64,000 nucleotides of DNA. Source: an uncultured Lentisphaeria bacterium. GTDB taxonomy: Bacteria > Fidelibacterota > UBA8477 > JABMPR01. The notes beneath the pieces were generated by a model that did not search any database, was not told the DNA's origin, and saw nothing but the letters and a program-made list of their open reading frames with translations. This document shows positions 62,714 through 64,000 of the stretch, piece after piece (the first letter of the stretch is position 1; each line of letters opens with the position of its first letter). The translations under genes were made by a program, and so were the position numbers. Location: assembly GCA_964578155.1 (NCBI GenBank), contig CAZOBQ010000001.1, positions 2,670 through 66,669 of the forward strand, given 5' to 3'.

Positions 62714-62788
62714 CACAACGAATTGGACGAAGGGTACGAAAAAATGATGACAAAAGCACAGCTTCGTTAATTTCGTTTCCTTCGTTGT
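62714..62788. repeat. 9-mer hairpin element (3 x NNNNACGAA, loop, 3 x TTCGTNNNN) upstream of slyD
   Basis: CACAACGAA TTGGACGAA GGGTACGAA at 62714-62740 and CTTCGTTAA TTTCGTTTC CTTCGTTGT at 62762-62788. Confidence 0.85.
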
Positions 62789-62806
62789 AAAAAAAGAAAG
62801 AATGTT

Positions 62807-63289
62807 ATGAATATCACAGAAAACAAAGTTGCCAGTATTGACTACACCCTAACCAATGATGCCGGAGAGGTCATTGATAGTAGCTCCGGACGCGAACCTT
62901 TGGCTTACATACATGGAGCAGGTGGTTTGATTCCAGGCCTGGAAAAAGAACTCGAAGGCAAAGTTAAAGGTGATAAACTGATCGCTATCGTTCCACCAGA
63001 ACAAGCCTATGGCGTACGTAGTGAAGAACTCGTTCAGGATATTCCACTGGATCGTTTTGAGGATAAAAATGAGATTCAGGTCGGTGCCCAGTTTCAGGTC
63101 AGCAATGGGGATCACACGCATATTGCAACCGTCATCGAGATTGGTGAAGCAGATGTAAAAGTAGATATGAATCACCCGCTAGCAGATCAAACCTTACATT
63201 TCGATGTAGAGGTTATGGATGTCCGCGAACCCACCAAGGAAGAGCTTGAGCACGGCCACGTTCATGGCGCTGGTGGACACCACCATTAA
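62807..63289 (+). CDS. slyD: FKBP-type peptidyl-prolyl isomerase SlyD with His-rich tail
   Basis: 160 aa with V.IDYTL.N..GEVIDSS and an IF-domain insertion. The C-terminus is EHGHVHGAGGHHH. Confidence 0.88.
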   Translation: MNITENKVASIDYTLTNDAGEVIDSSSGREPLAYIHGAGGLIPGLEKELEGKVKGDKLIAIVPPEQAYGVRSEELVQDIPLDRFEDKNEIQVGAQFQVSNGDHTHIATVIEIGEADVKVDMNHPLADQTLHFDVEVMDVREPTKEELEHGHVHGAGGHHH

Positions 63290-63290
63290 A

Positions 63291-63339
63291 TTAGAAATTA
63301 GAAATTAGAAATTAGAAATTAGAAATTAGAAATTAGAAA
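63291..63339. repeat. Perfect heptanucleotide microsatellite (ATTAGAA)x7
   Basis: Seven exact tandem copies begin 2 nt after the slyD stop and end 38 nt before the next start codon. Confidence 0.97.
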
Positions 63340-63377
63340 AACTTCTTAATGTTAGAACATAGTCAAGGAAGCATCTC

Positions 63378-64000
63378 ATGAAGCCAATAACAGGCCTGCC
63401 TTTAATCTTATTGCCTGTCCTGCTCACTCTCATCACATGCGTTGGCACTCAACCTGGAGTTGTGCCCATCAAGCCTGTTGAGGATGTTATTGTAAAGTAT
63501 GAGATTGAAGTGCCCCGTGAGTTCAGAGCAGCCTGGGTGGCTACGGTTGCCAATATTGACTGGCCCAGTAAGCCGGGTTTGAGTACTGAAGAACAGCAAG
63601 CAGAGGCCATAAGTCTGTTGGACTCAGCAGCTATCCTAAACTTGAACGCTATCATCTTTCAGGTCCGTCCCCAATGTGATGCTCTCTATGAAAGTGCCTA
63701 TGAACCCTGGTCATATTTTTTGACTGGAGATCAAGGAACGGCTCCTGAGCCATATTATGATCCCCTTGAATTCTGGGTAAATGAAGCCCACAAACGGGGC
63801 ATGGAATTACATACCTGGTTCAACCCATACAGGGCACACCATCCCAGCGGAGAAAAGAATGAAACCTCTGTTGTCTCCACCAGGCCAGAGTTAGTGCGGG
63901 AACTGGAAAAGGGGCAGTACTGGTTAGATCCAGCCATGAAGGAGACTCAAGATTATTCCTATGATGTGGTTATGGATGTGGTTCGACGTTATGACATTGA
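63378..64000 (+). CDS. Glycoside-hydrolase-like family 10 (GHL10, YddW/YngK-like) lipoprotein, 3' end truncated by window edge
   Basis: Not in the ORF track because it runs off the edge. Translation gives MKPITGLPLILLPVLLTLITCVG... (lipobox), FRAAWVATVANIDWPS, AIIFQVRP, ELHTWFNPYR. Confidence 0.78.
   Translation, partial: MKPITGLPLILLPVLLTLITCVGTQPGVVPIKPVEDVIVKYEIEVPREFRAAWVATVANIDWPSKPGLSTEEQQAEAISLLDSAAILNLNAIIFQVRPQCDALYESAYEPWSYFLTGDQGTAPEPYYDPLEFWVNEAHKRGMELHTWFNPYRAHHPSGEKNETSVVSTRPELVRELEKGQYWLDPAMKETQDYSYDVVMDVVRRYDI

Noticed and set aside
63291-63339. Possibility that the tandem repeat is a CRISPR array or a coding repeat
   Set aside because: The units are 7 nt with no spacers. 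The array contains stop codons in all three forward frames and lies outside any ORF. No cas genes are in the window.
1-64000. Search for mobile elements, prophage, defence islands, tRNA/rRNA/tmRNA genes
   Set aside because: I recognised no transposase, integrase, recombinase, restriction, Cas, toxin-antitoxin or phage structural motifs in any ORF. I saw no tRNA T-arm (GGTTCGAATCC-like) or rRNA signatures in the gaps. The window reads as core chromosome, but a scan by eye can miss divergent or short elements.

Overview
This is a gene-dense (about 90% coding) bacterial chromosomal segment with about 60 protein genes. I recognised no rRNA, tRNA, CRISPR array, transposase, integrase or prophage genes. 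Shine-Dalgarno sites are common (AAGGAG/AAGGGAGG before several ATGs). The gene content suggests an aerobic or microaerobic, probably marine, Gram-negative organism, but that is only an inference. That content includes a fused ccoNO cbb3 oxidase, an archaeal-type DGGGP-synthase-like UbiA enzyme, Ni-SOD and CarboxypepD_reg and TPR lipoproteins.

Housekeeping genes are rnd (edge-truncated and absent from the ORF track), dnaE, dtd, valS, ogt, arsC, a cyclophilin and slyD. The main functional blocks are:
- a complete cbb3 oxidase and assembly supercluster headed by an Rrf2 regulator (22.6-30.9 kb);
- an MFP-RND-ABC-ABC2 export cluster (36.4-43.9 kb);
- a TetR/LolA-like/OMP/MMPL cluster (47.3-52.7 kb);
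- an Lrp/homoserine dehydrogenase/PLP-enzyme operon;
- a K+ channel next to a stand-alone cNMP-binding protein.

I see no canonical defence or mobile island. The best candidates for something undescribed are:
1. two families of short structured intergenic repeats, often in inverted pairs and sometimes inside operons;
2. an overlapping transglutaminase-like/ATP-grasp gene pair;
3. a Ni-SOD with a genuine Sec-type signal peptide, co-oriented with a RimJ-like GNAT and preceded by about 0.7 kb of largely unexplained non-coding DNA;
4. a perfect 7x7-nt microsatellite in a promoter region.

All family assignments come from motifs read by eye. No database search was run.
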